NCBI RefSeq assembly: GCF_000143415.4
Contig: NW_003314301.1
Location: forward strand, 654,336 to 718,335
Direction: 5' to 3'
Length of the DNA stretch: 64,000 nucleotides
DNA from: Selaginella moellendorffii
Lineage: Eukaryota > Plantae > Lycopodiophyta
Shown here: positions 46,130 through 57,585 of the stretch, in pieces
Position numbering within the stretch: position 1 is the first letter of the stretch
Layout of the letters: each line of letters opens with the position of its first letter
The notes under the pieces: model-generated
Databases searched by the model: none
Told to the model about the DNA's origin: nothing
What the model saw: only the letters and a program-made list of their open reading frames with translations
Made by a program: the position numbers and the translations under genes

Positions 46130-46890
46130 ATGGAGCTGTGAAGCAAGCTCTAAGTTCTTCTCTAGTGAGTTGTTATATAAGATCAATGGCTTGCCAGATT
46201 GGTAAGGTCTGGATACTCTCAAGAAGCTACTGGCTTGAAGCTGTGAGTAGCTTTCAGAGTTTCTGGTTCTTAATCCCTATTGCCACATGTTGATAAATTA
46301 CTCCCCTCTGCACATACTTTGAATAAATGTGGCTGGTCGGACAAGTCTTTTTTAAGATTGTTCTTAGGTTAAAGTCGAAAATCGAAGTTATTTTATATAA
46401 GTGACAGAAAAGTTGAATCTATATCCAGTAAGTTTCATCCAAATATGCACATAAAATTGGCCTCTTCATGACAAACAGGAAGAAAGGGGGTATATGTGAG
46501 GTGATAATCCAAGAAGGGAAACTGGTCTATAAGGCAACTGGCATTCCTATCCATGAAACTTATTCTCCTACATTCTTGTTTGTAATGGATCCAAATGGGA
46601 TATATGCTGCTGAGGTAGGCATCCCTATTATTCTATACAAATTCGTCTCTTCCTTCCAGAAAAACGATGGTTACCAGCAAGACTCCTCTGCATACATTCA
46701 TCATTCCTCCTGCTCTTATGGCTCCAGCTGCTACAAAACTTGAATGATAAAGGCAAGAGATTTTTTATTTTCAAATGATTGTGACCAAAGGTATATATAT
46801 TGTTCAGAGTGTGCCAATGGACATTATAAACCAAATTCCTCAACCTTGCACAACTTCCTTGACAAGTTGAGGAAAAGAGGTGTTAATATA
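46130..46890 (+). pseudogene. IQM-family pseudogene, copy 3
   Basis: EVIIQEGKLVYKATG...; NGHYKPNSSTLHNFLDKLRKRGVNI. Confidence 0.7.
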
Positions 46891-49800
46891 GCCTTGGGGA
46901 GAATTTCTACTTTAAGTTACAAATTTTTTCTTTCTAATTTGCCAATTTACTTTGTCTATTCAACTGCTTCAATTAATTTCCTTTGCCAAGATTCCCATTA
47001 ATTATAACTATTGATTTGAAAAAGCATATTCCAACATATATTTTTAATCTAATGACTAGCTCCTTAACCCTACTTGGATTTAGCTACTGCATGAGCAATA
47101 GCCATCAAGATTACAATTAGGCTAAATGGATTTAAACTATTCTATGAAACTATATAGTCATTGAAATAGAGAATATCCATGCCCTACTTTAGGAGCTCAC
47201 TTTTTTCTTTTTCTTTTTATTTCTGAAATATATTTATAATAAAATTTAATTGAATATTTAAAAATATTATAATACTTTTATAAAAACATTTTTTAACAAA
47301 AGACACAAATTTATTATATATTAGAGCTATGAGTGCTTGGAATATAGAAAGGAAATACAGAAAATGTGCATATCCATTAGCCCAAAAAACCCTAATTTAT
47401 ATATAGAAGTGAGTGGTCGAGATTGAAATCAATCTGACAGCTACCAAAATCCCACTATGCTAATATTAGTTATGGCATCATAACCATACACTTGGACCTC
47501 ACATCATCCCCTCCTCTCGGAATAATGGAAGACCATCAAGGTTCTTTTGTAGATGGGCCAGGATTAGGAGGAACGCCAAGAGGAGGCATTAGCGGATCAG
47601 TAGGTGGTATTAATTGCTTCTGATCCCTTAGTATGAAGCATTTCAACCATTGCACATACACAATCTTTGGAGGATTGGTTTGTTGGACATCATGATGAAC
47701 CTTATAAACTTGTGGTCCAATTTGCTACAACACCCGATACGGTCCTTTCCACTAAGCAAGGATCCCCTTAAATAAACCACGTACCGTAAGATGGGGAAAA
47801 CGAACTAACACTAAGTCATTCACTTTGTACTTTGCAGGTGGATTATGATGGGAGTTATAGTACCATTGTTGTCCCACTTGTATGCGGTCTAAGTGTTCAA
47901 CAGACTCTGCTCGGACAAGTGGAAGAATGCTCGTTAAATATTGATCCCATGACCTAGCATCGGCAGCTCGTGGCAATTGTGAAGGTAAACCCAGCTTTGT
48001 TGGTAATTTTGGATCATGACTATATAAAAGTTTATATGGTGAAACACCAATAGAACTCTGCACCTCTGTGATATATGCATACCGAAGAGACGGCAAATAA
48101 CCATCCCAATCCAAATGTTGAAAGTTCATGTACTTCACGATCATTCCTTTGAATGTCCGAACGAGCCGTTCCACCAAACCGTCTAACTGTGGATGATAAA
48201 CACTTATGAAAGTGTGGCATATCCCCAACCGAGACATCAGAACATGAAATGCCTCAGCCATAAATGCGGGACCATTATCCAAAAGAATCCGCTCCGGACA
48301 AAAATGCTGGAATACCACTCAATTGAGGAGGAAGTATCCAATAGCAGTTGCAGAGGCACTAGCAAGAGCATCAACTTCCACCCAACGAATCAAGTAGTTA
48401 GAAGCAATAATAACATACTTATTGCCAATAGTTGATCATGAAAAAAATTCCCATAAAATCAAACACCACCAACTCAAATGGACAGGAAACTGTAATTGAC
48501 TCCAATGGTCTTTTCGAAGCATGAGGGGGAGTATTATAGGCTTGGCACCAAATGCAAATATGCACATACTGGATAACATCACGTTGCAACTCCGGCCAAT
48601 AGAAAAACCTGCACAACTTTTCGATCACATAACAATGTCCTATATACCCGCCTAGAACAGGAGAATCATAATAGGCATGGAGAAAATGTGGAATAAATAC
48701 AAAAAGCACCACCAGCCGTAAAGGATCATTAGGATCCATCCCTACAAAATAAAGAAGGCCGTCCTTAAAGTGATATTGAGAATATAAAGGCTGGAATGGC
48801 AAGTCATCAGCAAGTGATGCAGAATTCTCAAACCCATCTCAAATCCTTCGAATCCATGGCTTAATCTTTTGAGCCTCGCGAACCTTATCAAGAAGAGGTA
48901 GATCGTGCTCTACCTCTTGTGGACACTAAACGTCAGTACAATAACCATCGATGGCACAGAATCCTCGTCTAGAAAATCCATAGATGCTGAAACAATAGGC
49001 TCGTCAGAAACATGAGAAGAGAGCGGAGAAGGAAGAGGAGCTCATCAACATTAGCCATAGAACTCCCTGGGTGATGAACAACATCAAAATCATATATCTG
49101 AAGCTTCAAAGCCCACCGAGCAATACGACCAACCAGATTCTTTCATTTCAACAATGAAGTAACAATAGCATGATCACCTTTAAGTAACGTCCAAGAACTA
49201 TATAGATATGCATGAAGTTTTTCAAAACCCCAAACTACTGCTAAACACTCCTTCTCTGTCGTGGAATAATTCACTTTCGCTGGTTGTAATGTACAGCTTA
49301 TATATGCAATGGGATGGCGCTAACTAGGCACACTCGAGCTCTCTTGCATCAACAAACCTTCAAGACCAATATCAAAAGCATCCACGCGCAAAATAAAAGG
49401 TCAAGTGTAGTCGGGATATACCAAAACCGGAGGAGTTATCAAGAGCTCTTTGAGATTCATGAACGCTAGCTCACAATCCGGAGACCAGATGAAAGATGAT
49501 GTTGATGACTTCAGCAATGCTCGCAATGGTGTAGTGCGATAAAAAAGATGATCCACAAAATGACTGAGATACTGCACCTTGCCCAGGAAGCACTGCACAT
49601 CATTTATACACTTCGAAGTAGGGAACTTTAGAACAATCACAAGTTTGTCAAGATCAACTTGAAAACCCTCACAAGAAAATACAGTACCCAAGATAAATTG
49701 TGTCCTTAGACCCAAACACGCACTTCAACCACTTCAGCTTTAAATAAACCTCCCGTAGTTGATCCAATACTTTACAAACATCACGAACGTGCTCCTCCCA

Positions 49801-50728
49801 TGTCCCCTCTGACTTGATCAAAACATCATCAATGAAGTCAATAGTCACCTCTGGTATATCGCAAAGAACCTCATCCATCATCCGCTGAAAAGTTGCTAGA
49901 GCATTGTTCAAACCAAACGGTATCACCAAAAACTTGTACAAACCAAATGATGTACAGAAAGCAGTCTTAGAAATATCTTCTTTAGCCATTAGTACTTGCC
50001 TACCCAGAAGCAAGATCAAGCTTGGTGAACTAATGACTTCGCCCTAAACGATCTAAGCGATTAGCAGTGTGAGGAAGAGGGTACACATCCGGGATCTTCA
50101 CTTCATTTAATGGACAATAGTCAATGCAAAAACGAATACTCCCATTAGGCTTCGTCACAAGATGAGGTTCACATGCCCAAGGACTCCACGAATTTCGAAT
50201 AACACCCTTCTCCAACATCTCTTTGACGTTTGCATATAAAATCTTGACCTCTTTGGGTAACCGACGACGAACAGGGACCTTGATTGGACGAGCATCCACG
50301 GTTGGAATCGGATGAATTGTGGCAATCTTGGCCCCAGACGACAAGTCAAATTTAAAGAGATCAAAATACTCCTTCATGAGCTGGTCAACTGCTGCAACAC
50401 AAAGATCGTCGGAGGGATCGGAAAAAGAAAGAGCAAAACAAGATGGAAACATAGGAGGAAATAGTGGATGGACAAAAGTAATGGAAGCAGAGGTAGAAAT
50501 AAAAGGACGAAGAGGTAAAGAAGTGAGAAGAATGGATGAAATGTAAGGAAGTACAAGATAAGGGGGAAAAGCTTCAAAGTTACACTTGGCATAATTGCGC
50601 TGTAACTAATCTATACCAAGGATGAGGTCAAAAGCTTAACTCGGCACCACCCGCAATGACTACAACCCAAGCTCGAGATCACTCACACACACAACCAGGT
50701 TCGCCTCATCTCATGCATGTGTACGGCT

Positions 50729-53335
50729 TGTCAAGACCCCCAACAAGATCAAGACTAGAAAATGCAGAAGACAAAGAGAAAAGCTAGTGGAAACGAAAAA
50801 AAGGCCTTAGACTGGCATTGATTCAAATTGTAGAGAAATGGAACAAGGCTAATCTATATATACTATAGGTTGATGAAGCTTCACCACTCTTGGATCGAGG
50901 ATGGCCTAAATAAAGCTGAGGGTGAGGAGGCACCACGTCCTCATCAAGAATGTGGTTCGAGACTCAGGAATCATATGGGAAATCAGAGAGTCAGGAGTCG
51001 AGAGTCAGGAATATGGTCTACGGGTCAGGAATCCGGCGAGAGTCAGGAATGTGGCAAGAATTGGGGGATTCCTAACAGCAACCCCTCCTCAAGAACGAGT
51101 GGAATGAGGACAAAGAGGAGGATGAGATGGGTGGCGAAGGATGGGAGAGGGAGAATGAAAAGAATGAGGACTGGGATGAGAAGGATAGCGGTGGTGGAAG
51201 TCCTAAACAAGGTCAGGAGAATGAATCAGGTTGTCTGCAGGTTCCCAAGTGCGTTCCTCAAGTCCATAACCTTTCCAGTCTACCAGATAGTAGAGTTTAG
51301 ACCATGAGATCTTGGAATCAAGGATGTCTTGAACCTCATACTCAGACCCATCCTCAAGCTGCACTGGTGGAGGTGGAGGAATGACCCGATTTGGAATAGG
51401 ACTGGGAATATAAGGCTCAAGGAGAGAGGAGTGAAAAACGGGGTGAATTTGATATGAAGAGGGAAGTGAAAGGTGATAAGTGACAGGATTAATGATGCTA
51501 ATGATAGGGAAAGGACCGCGGCATTTGAAATCAAGTTTGGGACATGGCCTGGTGGTGGAGATATTTCATTTGAGGAGCCAAACTTTATCCCCAATATTGT
51601 AACGGGTACAATCTTGATGATGGACATTGACGAATGTTTTGTGAGATTCTTGAGCACGATGGAGGTGGAAGGAGATGGAGTTGTGGATTTCCTAGAGGTT
51701 GGAGACAAATGCCTCAGAGCACGGATTTGAACGAGAGGATTCGGATGGAGAAGGAAGTGAGAGATTGAATTGAGGATTTCGGCTAGAGTTTGCAAAGAAG
51801 GGGGAAACTCGAAGGGAAGAGTGAACAAAGTTGTTATAGAAGAACTTAACAAAGGGAAGGATATCGAACCAGTCATCCTGATGATAGTTGATGAAGCACC
51901 TCAAGAATTGTTCCAACGTCTAAATCATTTGCTCGGACTGTTAATCAGTTTGAGGATGATATGCCGAAGAGAGGTTGGCCTTCACTCCAAGCAACTGCAA
52001 GAACCGTTGCCAGAAATGAGAGATGAACTAAAGTCCCTGATCCGAAACCACATGTGCAGGAATCCCATGAAGTTGGAAAATTTCCTTGAATACCAGTTTT
52101 ACCATGTCCTCGCCCAAAAACTCCTTGGTATACAACAAGAAGTGCGCCATCTTTGTGAAGTGATCCACCACAACTAAAATGCTATTGAAGCCTCTAGAAC
52201 TTAGAAGATCACTCAAGAAATCCATGGAGATGGATTTCCAAGGACCTGAAGGGACCAAAAGGGAACGAAGCAAATATGAAGGAAGGTGGTGAGGTAATTT
52301 ATTTTGGGCGCAAGTGTCACAGGAGGTAACAAAAGCTTTGGTGTAGTCGTCCATGTGGGGCCACCAAAAGTCCCATGCAACTAGTTCATAGGTTTTCGCA
52401 ATGCCGAAGTGACCAGCAGTTGGGCTATCATGGCATGCAATTAGAACCAACTTTCGAGCATCACCTTCAAGAACGTAAAGCTGCTCCCCATGGTACAACA
52501 AGCCATCTAAGAACTCGAACTCATTAAATCGCTGGCAATCGGGAGTCACTAGGTGTCCAACTAAAGATGGAAGAAAATGTCATTGGCGAGGTCATCGGAT
52601 TGAAGATTTTTTTTTATCACATCCATCAAGGAGGTCCTGAGGGGCCAGGGAAATTGCTATAACATGAAGCCAATCAGGACCAAAGATAACCTGATCCTAT
52701 TGATCGAAGGTAGGTTACCAAGCCTGAGACTGAGATAGAAGCACCTTGAAAGGGCATTAGGATCTGAATCAAACTATCAAGACACCCAACAAGATCAAGA
52801 CTGGAAAATGCAAAAGACAAAGAGAAAAGCTAGTGGAAACGAAGAAAAAGCCTTAGACTGGCATTGATTCAGATTGTGGAGAAATGGAACAAAGTTAACC
52901 TATATATACTATAGGTTGATGAAGCTCCACCACTCTTGTGTAAGCAACCAAAGGGAACAACTTGAGAGACGATCCATAGGGGTTTAAATATACAGGAAAA
53001 GGGCCCATGAACAAGAGTGCATCCCCTTTTCCAATCGGTTAAGGGTCTTGGGATATTTGGGGTTAAGCGTCTTTGGGTTTGAATAGTACTGGGCTAGGTG
53101 ACCTCTCGGGAAGTCCAAGCTCAGGAGCTTACATCTTGGATCGAGGACGGCCTAAATATAGCTGAGGTCGAGGAGGCACCATGTCATCATCAAGAATGTG
53201 GTTCGAGACTTAGGAATCGTACAGGAAATTAAAGAGTCAGGAATAGGGAAGTGTCTCGAGAGTTAGGAATATGGTCTACGGGTCAGGAATTTGGCAAGAG
53301 TCAGGAATGTGGCAAGAATTGGGGGATTCCTAACA
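50729..53335 (-). mobile_element. Nested internally deleted chromovirus (Tcn1/Tf1-like); LTRs 50729-51077 and 52775-53335; TSD CGGCT/CGACT
   Basis: LTRs T(G/A)TCAAGAC...CCTAACA and a PPT at ~51080. Integrase remnant (CHDSPTAGHFG...CDTC, PWKSISMDF, EQFLRCFINYHQDDW) and chromodomain EYEVQDILDS...YYLVDWKGYGLEERTWEPADNL (~51230-51345). Gag, PR and RT are absent. Confidence 0.9.
52939..53133 (+). mobile_element. Cassandra TRIM solo LTR with 5S rRNA-derived segment; TSD TCTTG
   Basis: TGTAAGC...TTACA flanked by TCTTG (52934-52938 and 53134-53138). The uninterrupted site is seen in the partner LTR at ~50888. 5S-like segment at 53062-53116. Confidence 0.9.
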
Positions 53336-54400
53336 CGACTATTGCCATAAAGAATGAAAACACAAGTGTAAACGGCAACGTGTGGCAATAGGTCGAGCAA
53401 TAGAAGATAAACTCGAACTTATATCAACTAACACAGAAAGAATAATAGGAGATCTTTTGTTATAAAAACGAGCTTGGAAAGTAAACACTACATGAACTAG
53501 TGCTGAGTGAACCCCTTGATGATACTCCTGAAATAAAGATGGATCAGTCACAGACTTATTCGCACAAGGTCCTTCCGTTACTCACGCAACTCCTCGTTTC
53601 TCGAATGCATCTCGGTGTCTAGACCTTTCACTACAGCAGCACCAACAGGACGTCGTTGACGCCAAGGTCTCCACCTAGGAAATGGAGGTCACCAATCCGG
53701 AAAACGCCGACAACACCGATAAATGTGACCAACTTCATCACATGCCCAACAACAAACGTCACGGCCACAACCACGTCCTCATCCTTATCCTTGAACTCGA
53801 GCAGTAGTAGCATCAACCTCCATTGGAACAAGACCATCGCCTATAAGAAGTGGAGCAGAAGGACGTGCAGCAAGAAGTGGAAGAGGTGACGTCTCATAAC
53901 ATTGTGCCAAGCAAAGAGCATCATCAAGGGTGGCTAGAGCAAGTGCATGCACAAGTCCAACAAGATCTTGACGAAGTGCTAGCTACAACATTCCTAGCTT
54001 GATCTGCTCCGACATATTTGGCTCCACATGAAGCAAAAGGCTTTGAAAACGAACGCCAAATTGCATCACTGACTCAGATGGCCCTTGACAAAGACGATGC
54101 AATTGCTGGAAGGCATCATCACAATCATCAGCATGTCCAAATGCATATTTGAATACATCCGAGAGAACACTTCAATCCCTACGAGTGGCTGCACTCAAAC
54201 CATTGTACCACTGTAGTGCCGTCCCTTGGAGACACATGGGAAACTCATGCAAACGTCAAGCATAATCCCAAGAATGATATATGGCAATCATCGTGAAGTG
54301 ATCAAACCAATGGTACACACCATCCCCAGGATTCCCACGAAAGAACTCCGGCCGAACACGAAGATTGGCACCAAGAGCAGGAGAAGTTGGACCACGTGCT

Positions 54401-54992
54401 TGTAAGCAACCAAAGGGAACGACTCGAGAGATGGTCCATGGGGTTCAAATATAGAGGGAAAGGGCCCATGAACAAGAGTGCACCCCCTTTTTCCAATTGG
54501 TGGGTCTTGGGATATTTGGGGTTAAGCGTCCTTGGGTTTGAATAGTACTGGGTTGGGTGACCTCCCGGGAAGTCCAAACTCAGGAGTTTACATCTGGTAT
54601 CGGAGCGGTCTCGGGTCCGACTCTGTTGGTTGGATAAGGGAATCACACCACATGTTGATTGACATCTGGCTGGTCCAATTTGCTCCCGCTGGGCTCGACC
54701 CGAGGGATAGGGTGTCAAGAGAGTAGGGCTCTCGGGAGAGCTGCGGCTCTCAGCTTCCGTTCACGAGGGCGTGAACTTGCAGGGAAGCGTGGTGGATTGT
54801 AAGCAACCAAAGAGAACGACTCGAGAGATGGTCCATGGGGTTCAAATATAGAGGGAAAGGGCCCATGAACAAGAGTGCACCCCCTTTTTCCAATTGGTTA
54901 AGGGTCTTGGGATATTTGGGGTTAAGCGTCCTTGGGTTTGAATAGTATTGGGTTGGGTGACCTCCTGGGAAGTCCAAACTCAGGAGTTTACA
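54401..54992 (+). mobile_element. Complete Cassandra TRIM; LTRs 54401-54592 and 54798-54992; TSD GTGCT
   Basis: Near-identical ~194-bp LTRs, a tRNA-Met-type PBS TGGTATCGGAGC at ~54595, a purine tract before the 3' LTR and a ~205-bp non-coding interior. Each LTR has GTTAAGCGTCCTTGGG..GAATAGTA(C/T)TGGGTTGGGTGACCTCC(C/T)GGGAAGTCC, similar to the 5S rRNA internal promoter region. Confidence 0.93.
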
Positions 54993-55538
54993 GTGCTATG
55001 AATGCCACTATCAACTAAGTTTGGTTGTTCAATTACAAGCACATAGCATCAAGCAATTGTACCAACTACTACTCTAGAGTCAAAGGAGGAGATTGTTGAT
55101 CTGCCATGAAGATGAACGAAAAGGAAAAAGCAAAAGAAGAGAAATGACAAAAAGCTAGAAGGAAAGGGAGATCTAGACCATGCAAAAAGTTAGATTGAAA
55201 TCAAACTCCTGAAAGGAAAGAACAAAATAAAGGAAATGGAAAAGGCTAAATCTAAACGATACAAAATCTAAATTTAAACCAAAATCCCAAATCCAAGCAC
55301 TCCTCAGAGACAATCAAAAAATGCCTCTTAACTCCACTAATGTGAGTGCTTGCAATAATGAAAGGGAATACAGAAAATGTGCATATCCATTAGCCCAAAA
55401 AAACCTACCTTATATACAAGAGCGAGTGATTCAAATTGAAACTAATCTAACAGCTACTAAAATCCCACTATGCCAATATTAATATACGGCATTGTAGCCA
55501 TACACTTGGACCTCACAGAGCTAATTAAGTATAAACCT

Positions 55539-55978
55539 ATGAAAATATTATTGTTTTAATTTTTATATTTTATATTTTTAATTAAAAACATAGTTTGTGG
55601 AAGAACAACTGTAGAATGGGGTAATAATAACACACTTACTGAAAATGAAATTAACCTTATAATTAATAATGGATTTTTAGATCTTTTAACTCACATTAAA
55701 AATTATCATTCATATTCAAGAAATTTTAAGAATTTAACTGTTTTAAATATTGGTAGGGGTGTATTTGCTGTAAGAATTGAGCGTGTGGATGGAGAGCCAC
55801 CATATTGTTCAACTGGTCAAACTGAAAATACAATTATTAGTATAAGAATCAAAGAAGCTGTTAGATACTTAATCAACACATATAATGCTACAATGATTGC
55901 AGCAAAATCTGATGTATGCAAGATTATATCTCAAAATTATATAATTCAATATTCAATTGTGTTTTGGTGGAGACTAAC
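55539..55978 (+). pseudogene. Secreted lectin-fusion gene, copy 3 (stop at codon 7; truncated before the lectin domain)
   Basis: ATG AAA ATA TTA TTG TTT TAA. Homology ends at WWRLT, where it joins the kinase 3' flank. The Gypsy element is inserted ~20 bp upstream. Confidence 0.85.
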
Positions 55979-56031
55979 AAATTTAAACATCTATATTTAA
56001 CTTTAGATGAGCTTTGGTGTAGAAGTTTTGA

Positions 56032-56952
56032 CTAAACTACCCTAAGTTTCTTCACAGCTGGATGGCTAGAGTGTGGAGTGCTTCTCTTCCCTCCACAACA
56101 ACTTGTGATATTGGCAGTAGCCCGTGTGGTGCTACAGTTCTCTAGAATCCAAGGATGATTGATCACTTGGTCTAGTGTCAATCTCTTCCTGGGATCCAAG
56201 TCCAGCATGCCCATAATCAGATTTTTCGCCTCTGGTGACAGATTGGCAGGCCACTGGAACTCCCCCTCGCGCAGCAAATGCATCTCCAGGTTCGATCGCT
56301 GGTAGCCCTTGAGGAGTTCGTATGCGATCACTCCAAGCCCCCAAACATCCACCGCCTTCGTGTAAGACAGCCCATATCTCTCGACAAAGATAAGCTCGGG
56401 AGCCATGTACTTCTCAGTCCCGCAGCTCTGGCTCATCTCTCTGGCATCGTCGGTCGCCACTCCAAAATCCCCAATCACTGGCCTGATCGTGCTTGCATCT
56501 TGCAGCTTGGTGAAAACGTTCTCCAGCTTGAGATCGCGATGGACAACACCACTCGAGTGGACGCCCTTGAGTGTCTCAGCCAGCTCCTTAACGATCTCGG
56601 CTACCTCCTCCTCCCTCAGTGGCCCTTTCATCGCTAGATCGCGCAGGCTAGGGCCACAAAGTTCCATGACCATCGTCCCAAAGCAACGCCCGCCAACCTT
56701 CCTCTCCCTCCTCAGCCCATGGAGGAAGACAACTCCAGGAATGGGGCGAAGCTTGTCCAAGATCCTTGTCTCCCTCTCGGCACAACTCTCCGACTTAAAC
56801 ATCTTTCCTGCGTACCTATGGCGGTTGCGGGCTGCGTCGCTCAGCAAGTAGACTTGGCCCTGTCCTCCATGCCCCAACTTCTCGTGTCTGATGTACCACT
56901 TGAGAAGCTCGCCACACTCGTCATCTCTAAACTCGCCATCCTCGAGCGCCAT
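56032..56952 (-). CDS. Minimal Ser/Thr protein kinase, copy 3
   Basis: 306 aa, essentially identical to copies 1 and 2. Confidence 0.92.
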   Translation of the reverse strand: MALEDGEFRDDECGELLKWYIRHEKLGHGGQGQVYLLSDAARNRHRYAGKMFKSESCAERETRILDKLRPIPGVVFLHGLRRERKVGGRCFGTMVMELCGPSLRDLAMKGPLREEEVAEIVKELAETLKGVHSSGVVHRDLKLENVFTKLQDASTIRPVIGDFGVATDDAREMSQSCGTEKYMAPELIFVERYGLSYTKAVDVWGLGVIAYELLKGYQRSNLEMHLLREGEFQWPANLSPEAKNLIMGMLDLDPRKRLTLDQVINHPWILENCSTTRATANITSCCGGKRSTPHSSHPAVKKLRVV

Positions 56953-57585
56953 CTTCCCCTTTTTCTCGCTTGGTTTTAAGAAAACCTAGCTTCCCACAAC
57001 AGGTTTAATGATCGCGAAAAGGCCATTACTTTTATTAAACTAAAAACTTCACCAGTAAAAAACTGACCATTGTAAAAGACCATTTTAAGATCCAATGGCT
57101 AATATTTTTTGGTTTTCTTAAGGGAAGGGGAGTTAAGATGGTAGTGAATATACTTAAAATATGCTTGAAAATTTAAATATTCTACCATCTAACGGTTCTT
57201 ATTCATTTAGATTAATTTTGTATTTATACTTTCTTAAACACTTTCTAGTATATTCTATTTTATTCTACCGGTTGGTATTGCAATAAAATTAATCTTGTGT
57301 TTATAAATTACAAACATGCTTATAATTATAAATTTTTATTTGATCAATTAGATTAATAATTAAAAATAACACTACTATTAAGCAAACAAACGCGTAACAA
57401 ATTATTATTAATTAGAATAATTTATATGGAATTAAAGGTGATCGCTATTTTATAATTACCCTCCAGGGTTGACCAGCGCGTTGTTTGATGCAGTCGGAGT
57501 TTTACGTGTACATGCAAACCAGCCAAGCACGGAAGCTTCACGAGCAGAGTTATGACTATGCGCACGATCATTCCCTTCGTGAAGA

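Larger units (their letters stand above)
47328..55517 (-). mobile_element. Degenerate Ty3/Gypsy LTR retrotransposon (no chromodomain seen); LTRs 47328-47503 and 55341-55517; 4-bp TSD GAGC
   Basis: ~177-bp LTRs with T(G/A)TGAG...CTCACA termini. PPT next to the left LTR. On the minus strand: gag zinc knuckle CWACDEVGHIYRCC (~53.7 kb), protease remnant (~53.4 kb), RT (PFGLNNALATFQRMM, FIDDVLI; 49.7-50.4 kb), RNase H, and integrase (47.7-48.8 kb) in Gypsy order. The empty site is visible at 26305. Confidence 0.92.

Noticed and set aside
54521-54575. 5S rRNA genes (also 54921-54975, 53062-53116)
   Set aside because: Only ~55 bp of the internal promoter region is present, embedded in TG...CA LTRs with TSDs. 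These are Cassandra LTR segments, not rRNA genes.
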